This document shows positions 24,961 to 36,119 of a stretch of DNA of 37,682 nucleotides, piece after piece. The position numbers and the translations under genes are program-made. The DNA lies in assembly GCF_006345805.1 (NCBI RefSeq), contig NW_021835914.1:1-37682 (forward strand), in the 5' to 3' direction. The first letter of the stretch is position 1. The number at the start of each line of letters is the position of its first letter. A model generated the notes under the pieces. That model was not told the DNA's origin and did not search any database. It saw only the letters and a program-made list of their open reading frames with translations. This DNA is from Octopus sinensis. Lineage: Eukaryota.

Positions 24961-25433
24961 ACAGTTGTTTTAATGTTTTCTTTCCTTTACTTGAGCGATA
25001 GTAACCACACGTGTACATACACGAATTCAATTTTTTTCTTGCATACATAGGTATATACATACATACGTACATACATACATACATACATACATACATACAT
25101 ACATGCATACATGCATGAACACGCTCGTATACAAATATGTATACGCAAACACTCACACTCATCCCCACACATACTCACAAACACTTATGTATACGTACGT
25201 ATACATATCTATGTTTATATGGTCTGTCTCCATGTGTGTTGTGTATATATATATATACTTATAAATATATAAATATATATATATACACACACATACACAC
25301 TCACATGAGTGTGTGTGAGATGAAACAAGCAATATATTCTCTAAATATCTATTTTATTCAAAATGTAAGATTTACTAATGTGTAGACACTTTGACATAGC
25401 TGTATATATTACAAAATTAATCATTATACATAC

Positions 25434-25468
<35 letters not shown>

Positions 25469-25597
25469 GTTAGATAAATATATACACATATATACATATG
25501 TATCTGGATGTCTGTATATATGTATATATACGTTTACATATATATATATATATATATAGATACATCTATATATACATATTTATACATATATAACCTT

Positions 25598-25675
<78 letters not shown>

Positions 25676-26254
25676 CATAAATATTTTTTTGAAAAAAGTA
25701 TGTTATAAAATATTATTTTCTCCGAATCTTCCATTTAATTTTCTGTATTTTTTCTTTATTTAATTTTGGGAAAATTTTAAAATTTTATTATTTTGTTTTT
25801 GTTGTTTATCTTTATATGAGTTCTATGTGTAGAATTTTTTTTAATCAATTTTGATTACTGATATCATATCCGTATTTTTTTCCTTCTTGAAATTCTTTTT
25901 TTTTTTTTTATTCTTTGGATGTGGAATTTTAATCGGAAAAAGAACAGGTAAAAACCTGTCGAAACAAAATTGACAGAACAATATATCTCTACTCTAACCC
26001 GCACAGAAGCCTACCCTCTCCATTTAACATGTTATTTCAACCTATATACAGGTTAAGTATCTATGGGGTTGCTCCACCTGTTAGAAATGGCACCAAAATT
26101 TACCTCAAATCATACTTAAGCAGGGTATAAATATACAACACAGTAGCATAGACATCGGGAAACCAAATTCCAGATTTTTGACTGATCTCAATGATGTGAT
26201 TACACCAGCGCTTGCGTTCCCAAACGAATAGCATCAACGAAGCAATTTTTTGAC

Positions 26255-26483
26255 GGTTTTGGCAGAAACGCTAGCGCACCGGGCGAAATGCTTAGCGGTA
26301 TTTCGTCTGTCGCTACATTTTGAGTTCAAATTCCGCCGAGGTCGACTTTGCCTTTCATCCTTTCGGGGTCGTTTAAATAAGTACTAGTTACACACTGGGG
26401 TCGATATAATCGACTTAATCCGTCTGTCTGTCCTTGTTTGTCCTCTCTGTGTTTAGCCCCTTGTGGGTAGTAAAGAAATAGGT
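26255..26483 (+). mobile_element. tRNA-derived SINE (family B)
   Basis: TGGCAGAAACGCTAG A-box region, GAGTTCAAATTCC B-box and central gcctttcatcctttcggggtcg core. Homologous to 35191-35398 (-) and 11070-11137 (-). Confidence 0.88.
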
Positions 26484-26510
26484 TTTTGCAGAGCATAACT
26501 TTCGAAATGT

Positions 26511-26768
26511 GGAGGCGCGTGGCTTAGTGGTTAGGGTGTCAGTATCATGATCATAAGATTGTCGTTTCGATTCCTGGACCGGGCGGCTCGTTGTGTTCTT
26601 GAGCAAAACACTTCATTTCACGTTGCTCCAGTCCACTTAGCTGGCAAAAATGAGTATCGCTGCGATGGACTGGCGTCCCGTCCAGCTGGGAAACACATAC
26701 GCCATTGAAACCAGGAAACTGGGCCCGTGAGCCTGGCTAGGCTTTAAAAGGGCGCATTTTTTTGTATT
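26511..26768 (+). mobile_element. Full-length tRNA-derived SINE (family C) with a 15-bp TSD
   Basis: A-box TGGCTTAGTGG and B-box GTTTCGATTCC. Perfect direct repeat TAACTTTCGAAATGT at 26496-26510 and 26769-26783. Confidence 0.92.
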
Positions 26769-27298
26769 TAACTTTCGAAATGTTCCTGGTGATTGAAGTA
26801 AGTGTCTTGGAAACATACAATCATACTCTTAATATTTGTATTCGGGGCAGAATACACTGACTGCTTTAATTCTAGTTACTGGACTAGGAACGTAAAGAAG
26901 TGAAAACCCTTGCTTCCTTATAACTTTAGTGACTGAAGAGAAGAGATGGATTTTAAGCAAGCGCTTTTTTCCCAGTTTAATTGTACAAACGAAGTAATGC
27001 CCACATGTTTTTTCAAGTTGACCAAAATATTCCCAAGTCTTAAGATGTCACCAACCTCAGTTTAGAATCTAGAATGGGTACATTAAAGAAGTGTTTAAAA
27101 AAAGATAAAGTTTAGAGGCGTTACGCGAGTCACTGAGAGCTTACGCTGTTTTCAGTTTAGGCGTGTATTGAGGAACTGTAGCTAGATCTATAATGCTTCT
27201 ACTTTTGTTATCAGCAAACGTAGGAGAGATCTTTGAACAGATGTTACCCAAGTAGAAAAGTAAGCAGAAAAACGTATCATAATGGACATAGGAGAAGA

Positions 27299-28490
27299 TT
27301 TGAAAATGAGAACATATTATTGTCATGCATTCAGTCGATTCTCATTGTGCCTTGTGGAACTTGAGGCAACAACATGATCATTCCACTTTCCGTGGAGGCA
27401 CATGGTCTAGTGGTTAGAGCAGCGCACTCGTGGTCGAAGGGGTCGCGGGTTCGAATCTCAGACCGGGCGATGTGTGTGTTTATGAGCGAAACACCTAAGC
27501 TCCACGCGGCTCCGGCAGAAGGTAATGGCGAACTTTTGCTGACTCTTTCACCACAACTTTCCCTCACTCTTTCCTCCTGCATCTTGCAGTTCACCTGCGA
27601 CGGACCGACCTCCCGTCCAGGTGGGAAACCTATACGCCAAAGAAACCGGGAAACCGGCCCTTATGAGCCACGCGTGGCTCGAGAAGGAACAAACAACATT
27701 CCACTTTATAATACTGAGAGTGTCCTTGACAATTTGTTCCATTGTTACCCCTCTGCTTTTGTTATTGTTCCCTTCCACATTTCATTTGGTCGGCTATGAC
27801 TTCTTTTACCTTGTGGAACCCATTAGAAAGCGATACTGACAATTAACTTCGGTGTATAGCAGCAAACCCGACCCAGTCATTTCCATCTGCTTGCTTCAGT
27901 AGTTTCTCTTTTTGGTTTCACATCAGCCTTAATTATAGTTGACTATTCCAGATCGTATTCGGCCAGTAGACCTTCAAACTTTTTCGTAAGCATTTATTTT
28001 GAAAACCAGAACATATTATTCTCATGCATTCAGTCGGTTTTCATTGTGCCTTGTGGCACTTGAGGCAACAACATGATCATTCCACCATCTAACACTGAGA
28101 GCGTCCTTGACAGTTTGTTCCAGTGTTAACCCCCTGCTTTTGTTCCCTTCCACATTTCTTTTGGTCGGTCATGTGGATCCTATTACAAAGTGATCCTGAT
28201 AATTGAGTTCGGTGTATAGCAACAAACATGACCCAGCCATTTCCATCTCCTTTCTTCAACAGTTTCTCTTATTGGTTTCACATTAACCTTGGTGCGTAGT
28301 TGGCCATTCCAGATCATAATTTGACCAGTAGACCTTCAAAATTTTTCGTCAGCATTTATTTTGAAACAGCTCCAATTTCTTTACAGTACTTTTGGTTGTT
28401 TTCCAACATTCGGATCCATAGAGGAGGTTGCTAAGTATGCTGCTTTTGTAAGATCGTATTTTCGTGCTCTTCTTGAGTATTTATGATCTG
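27299..28490 (-). mobile_element. RTE-clade LINE 3' end, tandemly duplicated
   Basis: Minus strand reads ILSNLLYGSECWKTTKK…FQNKC.RKILKVYW…VEERRWKWLGHVC…RPKE.W…RWWNDHVVASSATRH. The portion from FQNK onward occurs twice. Confidence 0.88.
27390..27696 (+). mobile_element. Full-length tRNA-derived SINE (family C variant) with an 11-bp TSD
   Basis: A-box TGGTCTAGTGG and B-box GGTTCGAATCT. TSD CATTCCACTTT at 27379-27389 and 27697-27707; the empty site is visible in the duplicated copy at ~28077. Confidence 0.93.
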
Positions 28491-29308
28491 TAGGTAGTCG
28501 TAAAATTTAACTGTCATTGGATGGCTGTTAAATGTGTTCTTAGTTGCGTATATTTTCTGCATGACTAACAAGAGTGAGAGAAACGCCAGCTCGTAGAGGC
28601 AAGTGTTCCTCCCGGCAGCTCTAGCAGTATATAAATTAAATAATTTCTAATTAAGATGAGTGGACAGCAATTAGAGCAGGATTAGAAATTGATTCTATCA
28701 ATTGCGGTTGTTGACTGGCGCTATTTTTTATAGACCCGTCAATGACGAAGCTCATAATCCACCCGAGTGAAAGAGTTCGTATGTGAAAGCACGTGGTTGG
28801 ATGTATAAAAAAGAAAATAGATTGAAAAAAATTCAGAAGATTTGTATTATCTGGTTTTAAAATATATTAAAATCGTCATGTTAGGAAAATGATATAAACT
28901 TTTGTGTATAGTGACATAGTCTTTGGAGAGATAATCGGTTTCGCATTTCTTTTGAAATTTCTCAAATTTCTTAACCGATGTTGTGTCATCTATTCGTCAT
29001 GTCGTGAATATCATTAAAGCAACTAAATCTAAACTTTTGACTGAAAACAAGATGGGCCGAACCACTGGGAATTGAAAACGTTATGCTTTGAATGGAACCT
29101 ATATTATCATAATTATAACAACAATATATAATTACAGTAATTATATATATATATATATATATGGGTGAAAGTGTTGGTATGTGAAAGCACGTGGTTGGAT
29201 GCATAGAAAAAAAAATAATATAGTAACAAAGGATAAATTTTTTTAAGATATATCACTGGCCAGCATATAAAAAATAGACTGATTAAGGTGTGAAATCATA
29301 TACATAAT

Positions 29309-29683
29309 TATAATTAAGGGCATAGAAAAGTTCCTAGGCAATATGCTGAAAGTAGACGCTAAATCGCCTCACCAATTTAAAAATCACAAAATTACACGTG
29401 TTGAAATTGAGGAACCAGGCCAGCGGCAATTAATAACAATATAGATAGCCCGGGATTAACCAATTATCTCACATATCTAATTTATTTCCTGCATGTATAC
29501 TCTGCTGATGAGGAAAAGCCATTGGGCAAATCCAGAAATTAGCTAATCCAGGGCTATCTAAATTGATATTAATTGCCGTTGGCTTGCTTCCTCCATTTCA
29601 ACATGTGTAATTTTGTGATTTTTAAAGTGGTGAGACGATATAGCGTCTACTTTCAACATAGGGTCTAGAAATTTTTTATGCTC

Positions 29684-29692
<9 letters not shown>
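29309..29692. repeat. 384-bp fold-back element with ~157-bp inverted arms (29309-29465 / 29537-29692)
   Basis: Manual alignment gives 115/132 identity over 29334-29465 versus the reverse complement of 29537-29668, plus a ~25-bp outer extension. The spacer is 71 bp. Confidence 0.93.
29500..29553 (+). ncRNA. Type I hammerhead ribozyme at the loop/arm junction of the fold-back element
   Basis: CTCTG-CTGATGA-GGA(AAA GCC ATTG GGC AAA)TCC-A-GAA-ATTAGCTAAT-C-CAGGG. The core is intact, stem III is palindromic and stem I is 5 bp (one G:U). Predicted AUC cleavage after 29548; there is one extra A before G12. Confidence 0.72.
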
Positions 29693-29714
<22 letters not shown>

Positions 29715-29917
29715 CATACATACATACGTACATATATATATATATTACATATATATGTATGTATGTGTGTATACTATATATATATAGATTGCTATGTATA
29801 TATATATATTATATATATATACATAGCAATCTATCTGTCTATATATATATATATAAATACGTGCACACACACACGTATATATATATATATAGATATATAT
29901 ATATTTATCGCTCTCTA

Positions 29918-29961
<44 letters not shown>

Positions 29962-30282
29962 TAGAGAGCGATAAATAGACAGAGAGATAGATAGGTAGAT
30001 AGATAGATAGATATATAGATATATAGATAGATAGATAGACAGACAGACATAGAGATAGACATGCATACATAGGCATATGCTCACATATGTTCATATCTCT
30101 AGACATAGCTGAGCTACATTCTTTCATGCCTTGCCTATAGCACTCTCCGACCAAATCACAAATTTTACAATTTTAGTCTTTCTTCCTTTCACAAATATTG
30201 AAGTGTAATCTTTGAAATTTTCTCCGTTTACTTTTGCTTCTTGACCTTAAAATTATTGACATTGAGACAGTTTTTACTAACA

Positions 30283-30675
30283 CTAGCAGTATCGCCCGGC
30301 GTTGTTCGGGTTTGTTTCGACCCTTTAGAATTGGAATTTTTGAAAAGTAAAAATTTTTACATTATGTAGCTTGTTATTCTCTTTAAGTGAACATGTTTCT
30401 GGTTGAAATACACAGAAAAATGGTGACACAGCAGTCAAAAAATCGTAAAAAATAGCCATTTTCATAGAAAAAAAGCGCCTTTTTGATGTAAATAATATTT
30501 GGTGTTAACATGGTCCGATTTGAATTTGTTCTTGTACGGAAGGAAGAGCAAGCCTTCATCTATCATATTCTCAATTTTGGTCAACTTGCGCAGCAGGGTC
30601 ACGGAGGAGATGGTGTTAGGTGAAGGCTACCAAATCTGCCATACACAGACAACTTCAGCTTCATATATAGAGAGA
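30283..30675 (-). mobile_element. Non-autonomous Helitron, copy 2 (393 bp)
   Basis: On the minus strand A|TCTCTCTATATAT…CCCGAACAACGCCGGGCGATACTGCTAG|T. It is inserted at an AT dinucleotide with no TSD. Confidence 0.9.
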
Positions 30676-32100
30676 TTACATATGGCATTGTTTCGATTAT
30701 TTCTAAAATTGATTCCAGCGATTGCGCAGTGATGTCATTCAAAATTTCTACACAGTTTCTTTACGTTCTTCTTCAAAATAATCCCCTTCACAAGTTTGGC
30801 TTCATCCCACACAGAGAATTTTCCAACCAATCCGTCTTGTTTTGTCCACGCCGCAACCATCATCAATGCATTATTATATCTTTAAAAAGCCTCATTCTCA
30901 AATAGCATTATAAATCCAGATAGCAGATGATGAACCGTTTCTCTCGTCTATTTGCATAACCTTCACAAACCTCTTACCAATTCCATCCATCTTAATTATT
31001 TCCTCTAAGTTTTTGTTTTTGCTGTTTCCTACAGAACATTAATGATGAATGAAGTTTTCCTGGAATCTAATTTATAGCTTAACTGTCCATGTTTTATTTA
31101 TTTCTTCTTTTCATCTCAGCTCTTAAAGACTTAACACTCGCGAGTTTTATCTTCATACTCCTTAAACCTCACTTCTTTTCAGATGTGTTACAGCTTCTCT
31201 TTTAGATACGACTGGATTTCGTTCCATCTTCCATTTATTTTGTCTCTAATCATTCTTCTTTCTCGATTGCCAACATTTCACCTCTGCCCCCAACGTTCAT
31301 CGTTGTACCTTTTGCTTCTCTCTTAAAAGAACATCATTATTTCCTGATCCTTATTCCCCATGCAATATTTCATCACACTGCAACGATCCATTTTAACTTT
31401 CGAATCGTTATTTACATCATTCATGTTCTCATATCTCCATCTCTCTTTGCTCTGTCATTTGTAGCTCTTAATGTCTTTCCCGGTTACTAAGCTGCAGAAT
31501 CTCTCTAGGGATTCTCTTAATAATTCCATCCAACATTCCTTGATCTATTCAGCTCTATTGAAGCACAATCAACAAAGCGCTGGCTACCATGCCCACTCTA
31601 AACTTTACATTTATTGTCGAAATTCTGCAATTTACAACCAGTGTTTCATTAAGATTTCCGTTTTACATGAATTCAATAGAATTTTCGTTTTCCTTTCCCT
31701 AATATCATTGCGTCAAGAAAGTTCAGAGAAATGAAGTGATTCTTTCTTAAAGTGGTACAGTTAATTTACTTCCCGATTTAAAATCCCAACTAGGTCCTTG
31801 GAAACCTCTATCAAAGGGACTGTATTGCATGAAGTCAGCTGAAAGCTCTAGTTTCGGTATACATTCTCCCTTCGTTCGTTCTTTCTTTCTTTCGTTCGTT
31901 CGTTTGTTCGTTATTTCTTTTTTCCTTCCTTTCTCCACAATTCTCGGAAACCTTCAGAATGGTCAACTAGGTTAATGTTCTTCCTCTGACAAAAAGTGTA
32001 AACACACTTCTAAACCTGGTACCTTCTACACCGCCAATTTAAATTAATAGTGGCACATTACCAATTTTTTAAAACCATTCTACCCATTGCCTACAAGTAG

Positions 32101-33800
32101 ATAGGTATAATACAGGGAGATAGTCTTTCACCCTCGCTGTTTGTGATTTTTATGATACCCCTAACACAGATATTATGAAGATTGACATCGGGGTAGACTT
32201 CGAAAATGGAGAAAAGTCGAATCACTCGTATAAAGGCTGACTTAAAGATCTTCGGTATGAATGATCGTGAAAGAAATGGTCATTTCAAGTGTGCCAATAT
32301 TCAATAAGAATATCGGCATGGAATTTGGGATTAATAAGTGTGGTGTGCTCATCATTAAAAAAGGCGAAGTATTATCAGATGGTACAGAACTTCCCAACTG
32401 TGAGAGAATTAAGATGTTAAGGGGGTTGATATTTTGGAGTACAACATAACCAAATCGAGGGAGATGAAGGAAAGTTTTAGGCGAGAATACTTTAGGAGAA
32501 CCAAATTAATTTCTAAGAATGGATAGAACAAGATCATTGTAATGAATATACAGGCAATATTCTTAATTCAATTTGGTGCAGGTGATGTCAGAATGACAAA
32601 TAACGAGCTTGAAGAAATTGATAGAAAAACCGGGAAGTGACGAAAATGGACAAGGAAATGCACCTTAAATATATGTCGGTAGATTGTACGTGTCTAGAAA
32701 CACAGGTGAAATAGGTTTCGTGGAATAGGTTTCGTGATGCAAGATCTACGTTGCCAATAAAGATAAAAAAAGTCTGCGATGATTTGTCAAACAGGAGATT
32801 GAATCTTTGGTTGTTTTTGTCAGAAATAGTGAAAATGTGACACACCCAAAAGAATTTTAAAAAAACAAGATGAAGAGCAAAGAATGAACAAGTGGAAAGT
32901 GAAAGCGATGCATAGGCAATTCTACATAGAAATGGAAAGGAAAGACACGATCAGCAATTGGAGACGGCTACGGAAAAGTGATCTAAAAGGATAGATACAA
33001 TGAGGCACTCAAATACAGCGCTCAGGCACAAACTTAGTGAACAAACTACACCAACATCCAAATAGATAAGTGTATTGAATCACCGCTCTGTAGGATGTTT
33101 TAGGTTCAAAATTTAAACAGTTTCACATATTTTGAGTGAGTGTATCAAATGTCTCAAAAAGTGTCCTCATAACGTCATCATTGGAGAATGTGTGAGAGGT
33201 ACGGTTCTGAATGGTCATTGAAATGGTTCGAGCGTAAACTAGAAGGTGTCATTGAAAATAGTGAGTATAGAATTTTGTTGGATTTTACAATCCATTGAAA
33301 TTTAGGGACTGCTGCTTGGAGACACTATTATCTCTCTATACATAAAGCTGAAGTTGTCTGTGTATGGCAAGTTTGGTAGCCTTCAACTAACACTATCTCC
33401 TCAGAGACCCTGCGGCGCAAGTTGACCAAAATTGAGAGTATGATAGAAAAAGGCTTGGTCTTCCTTCAGTAGAAGAAAAAAATTCAAATCGGACCATGGT
33501 AACACCAAAAATTATTTACATCAAAAAGGTGCTTTTTTCAATGAAAATCCCTATTTTTTACGATTTTGTGACTGCTGTGTCACCATTTTTCAGTGTATTT
33601 CGACCAGAAAATTTTCACTAAAGAGAATAACAAGCTACATAATGTAAAAGTTTTACTTTTCAAAAATTCCAATTCTAAAGAATCGAAACAAACCCGAGCA
33701 ACGCCGGGTGATACTGCTAGTAGTTAATAAAATGATGAGGGAAAACAAAATCACAGATATTGCCATATCTTGTGGTGTATGAATGGATGATAAGGAACTG
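32101..33800 (+). mobile_element. Decayed R4/Dong-clade LINE (RT, CCHC and RLE endonuclease), interrupted by a Helitron
   Basis: GIIQGDSLSPSLFVIFMIPL…DLKIF…IGMEFGINKCGVL…ELEEIDRKT…SPLCRM…HILSEC…ENSEYRILLDFTI…DTII|VNK…ITDIAI, with many stops. Confidence 0.88.
33331..33720 (+). mobile_element. Non-autonomous Helitron, copy 3 (390 bp)
   Basis: A|TCTCTCTATACATAAAGC…CCCGAGCAACGCCGGGTGATACTGCTAG|T. Confidence 0.92.
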
Positions 33801-34040
33801 GTCCGAATCTGGTGAAGACTGTAAATACTTCGGCAATATCTTTACTTAGATACTCTGTAGCTTTTATAGATTGGACAAAAAAAGGACTAGCAAAGTTAGA
33901 CAGAAGAACTAAGGAACAATTCAATATGAATGGAGAGCACCACCCAAGGGCAGGAATAGCAAGATGGAGGAAATATGCATAAAGCCTAGTTTATGACAGC
34001 TTCAGAAAACAGTGTTTTTAAGGGCAGCTAAGACATTTAG
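33801..34040 (+). mobile_element. Second R4/Dong LINE fragment (post-RT region)
   Basis: PNLVKTVNTSAISLLRYSVAFIDWTKKGLAKLDRRTKEQFNMNGEHHPRA matches the pattern GNLIKAINT.A…RY…W.K.EL..LDRKT…M.G.HHPKA. Confidence 0.75.
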
Positions 34041-34047
34041 GAATGTT

Positions 34048-34075
34048 AATAATAATAATAATAATAATAATAATG

Positions 34076-34167
<92 letters not shown>

Positions 34168-34200
34168 AAGAAGAACAACAACAACAACAACAACAACAAC
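34048..34200. repeat. (AAT)n(AAG)n(AAC)n compound microsatellite
   Basis: Directly visible. Confidence 0.98.
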
Positions 34201-35190
34201 AAATCACATTCTGTTGTCAAAGAAGCATGGAAATTCGCAAGGAAACTTGGCGTTAAACCTGAATTAGATGAAGAACCTGAAACCAGTGCCACGCAACATG
34301 CAAAATGGATCGAGCAGACTGCAAAATACGAGCAGAAATGAATTGAAGAGAGAGGGCCAGAAGCCTCTGCATAGATAGTATATAAGTATGCAGAATCTGC
34401 ATTGAGGTTCATAACTGTTTTGAAAAGCGATAGCCTGGTAGTCGAAATGCTGATGTAAACAACCCATTAGTGATTGAGAATTTCAGGGCTGAAAGCAGAG
34501 ACTGCATGTTTCATATTCGCAGCACAAAATCAAAGCTTGCTTGTCCAAAACTACCAGACTATCGCTTTTCAAAACAGTTCTGACCCTCAATGCAGATTCT
34601 ATGACACATTTGACGAAACAATAGACCATCTCGTCTCGGGATGTCCTGTGCTGACAGCAAACAAATACAAAACATGCCACAATAGGGCAGGACAGTATTT
34701 ACATTGGAAAATATGTAAACACTGACTCATCCCGAGGCAGTCGGTGACGGTAAAAATGTTACTATCTTCTGGGATTTTCCAGTCAACACTAACAGAAAGA
34801 TCCAGGCTAATTCGCCAAACATAGTCATAAAGACAAAGAAGAAAATACGTGTTGACTTATAGATGTAAGTGTTCCCACTGATAAAAATACATCTGTTCCT
34901 GTCATTGTAGGTGTCCTAGGTATGATAAGAAAGGGGATGTCAAAAACATCTAGATAATATCCCAGGAGAACCATGTCTCACAGAAATCCAAAAGATTTTG
35001 CTGAGAATTACTGCTCATATCTTTAGAAAAACCCTATCAATTTAAATGTTTATGTCGTATTACATGAAGATAATTCGTGACTGCCCCCTGCCACCTCGTC
35101 TCCCTAAATTTTCGGCCATACTGTAACATCTCTTATTCTTCACTCGCTGGGTGTGTTTCGGTAACAAACATGCTAATTAGAAATAAATAG
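34201..35190 (+). mobile_element. R4/Dong LINE 3' portion (zinc knuckle, RLE domain and 3' UTR)
   Basis: …GLKAETACFIFAAQNQSL…DPQCRFYDTFDETIDHLVSGCPVL…HNRAGQYLHWKICKH…TIFWDFPVNTNRKIQANSPNIVI…LIDVSVP…VPVIVGVLG…AHIFRKTLSI*. Confidence 0.9.
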
Positions 35191-35398
35191 TAATGATTCT
35201 TTCTACTGGAGCCACAAGGACTCACATTTGGTGGGAGGTGACTAGTCGGTTGCACCGATCCCAGTGTGTAACTGGTACTTAATTTATCGACCCTGAAATG
35301 ATGACAGGCAGTATTCGACCTCGGCGGAATTTGAACACAGATCGTGGATACAGACGAAATACCATAAGCATTTCGCCCGGCGTACAAATAATTCTGCC
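35191..35398 (-). mobile_element. tRNA-derived SINE (family B)
   Basis: Reverse complement aligns with the head and core of 26255-26420. Confidence 0.82.
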
Positions 35399-35419
35399 TA
35401 AATAATGATGATGATGATG

Positions 35420-35480
<61 letters not shown>

Positions 35481-35481
<1 letters not shown>

Positions 35482-35985
35482 GTGACAGAAAGATAGATGC
35501 AATAGACCAGACATTATACTGAAGGACTTCAGACAAAAAACATGCCTCCTCATTGATATGACTGTCCCAATCGATATAAATGTATCTGTCAAGACCTACC
35601 AAAAACTGAGCAAGTATAAAAATCTTTAAATAGACATTGGCAAGACATAAACATTGCCTGTTTTCATATGTGCCGTAGGAATGATAGCAAAAGGGGCTGC
35701 TTTCTACCTGGCTCAAATAACAGGAAACCCCAAAATGACAGAAATTCAAAAGATAGTTCTCATGGTAACTACTCATATCCTATGAAAAATACTGTCTATG
35801 TAATCCCAAATTTTAAAACAAACATAACCTTCTTATATTTTCTTAAACATTCTCTAGAACAACACTATATACAAAACCAAAAATATGGCACCCTAGTCAT
35901 AATACCAACTTGAACATCTAACTTGTTGTCTCTTGAGATCTCTAGGTGAGACAACTTGTACAAATACAAAGCAAAATTCAAATAT
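35481..35985 (+). mobile_element. 5'-truncated R4/Dong LINE (RLE domain and 3' UTR) embedded in (AAT)n
   Basis: SDRKID.NRPDIILKDFRQKTCLLIDMTVPIDINVSVKTYQKLSKYK…AVGMIAKG…EIQKIVLM…ILSM* contains the PD..D RLE motif. (AAT)n flanks it at 35401-35480 and 35986-36116. Confidence 0.9.
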
Positions 35986-36061
35986 ATAACAACAACAACA
36001 ATAATAATAATAATAATAATAATAGATAATAATATAATAATAAATAATAATAATAATAATA

Positions 36062-36119
<58 letters not shown>

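Noticed and set aside
30700-31480. Strongly pyrimidine-skewed unique block, possibly a decayed LINE ORF1 on the minus strand
   Set aside because: No recognisable motif in any frame.
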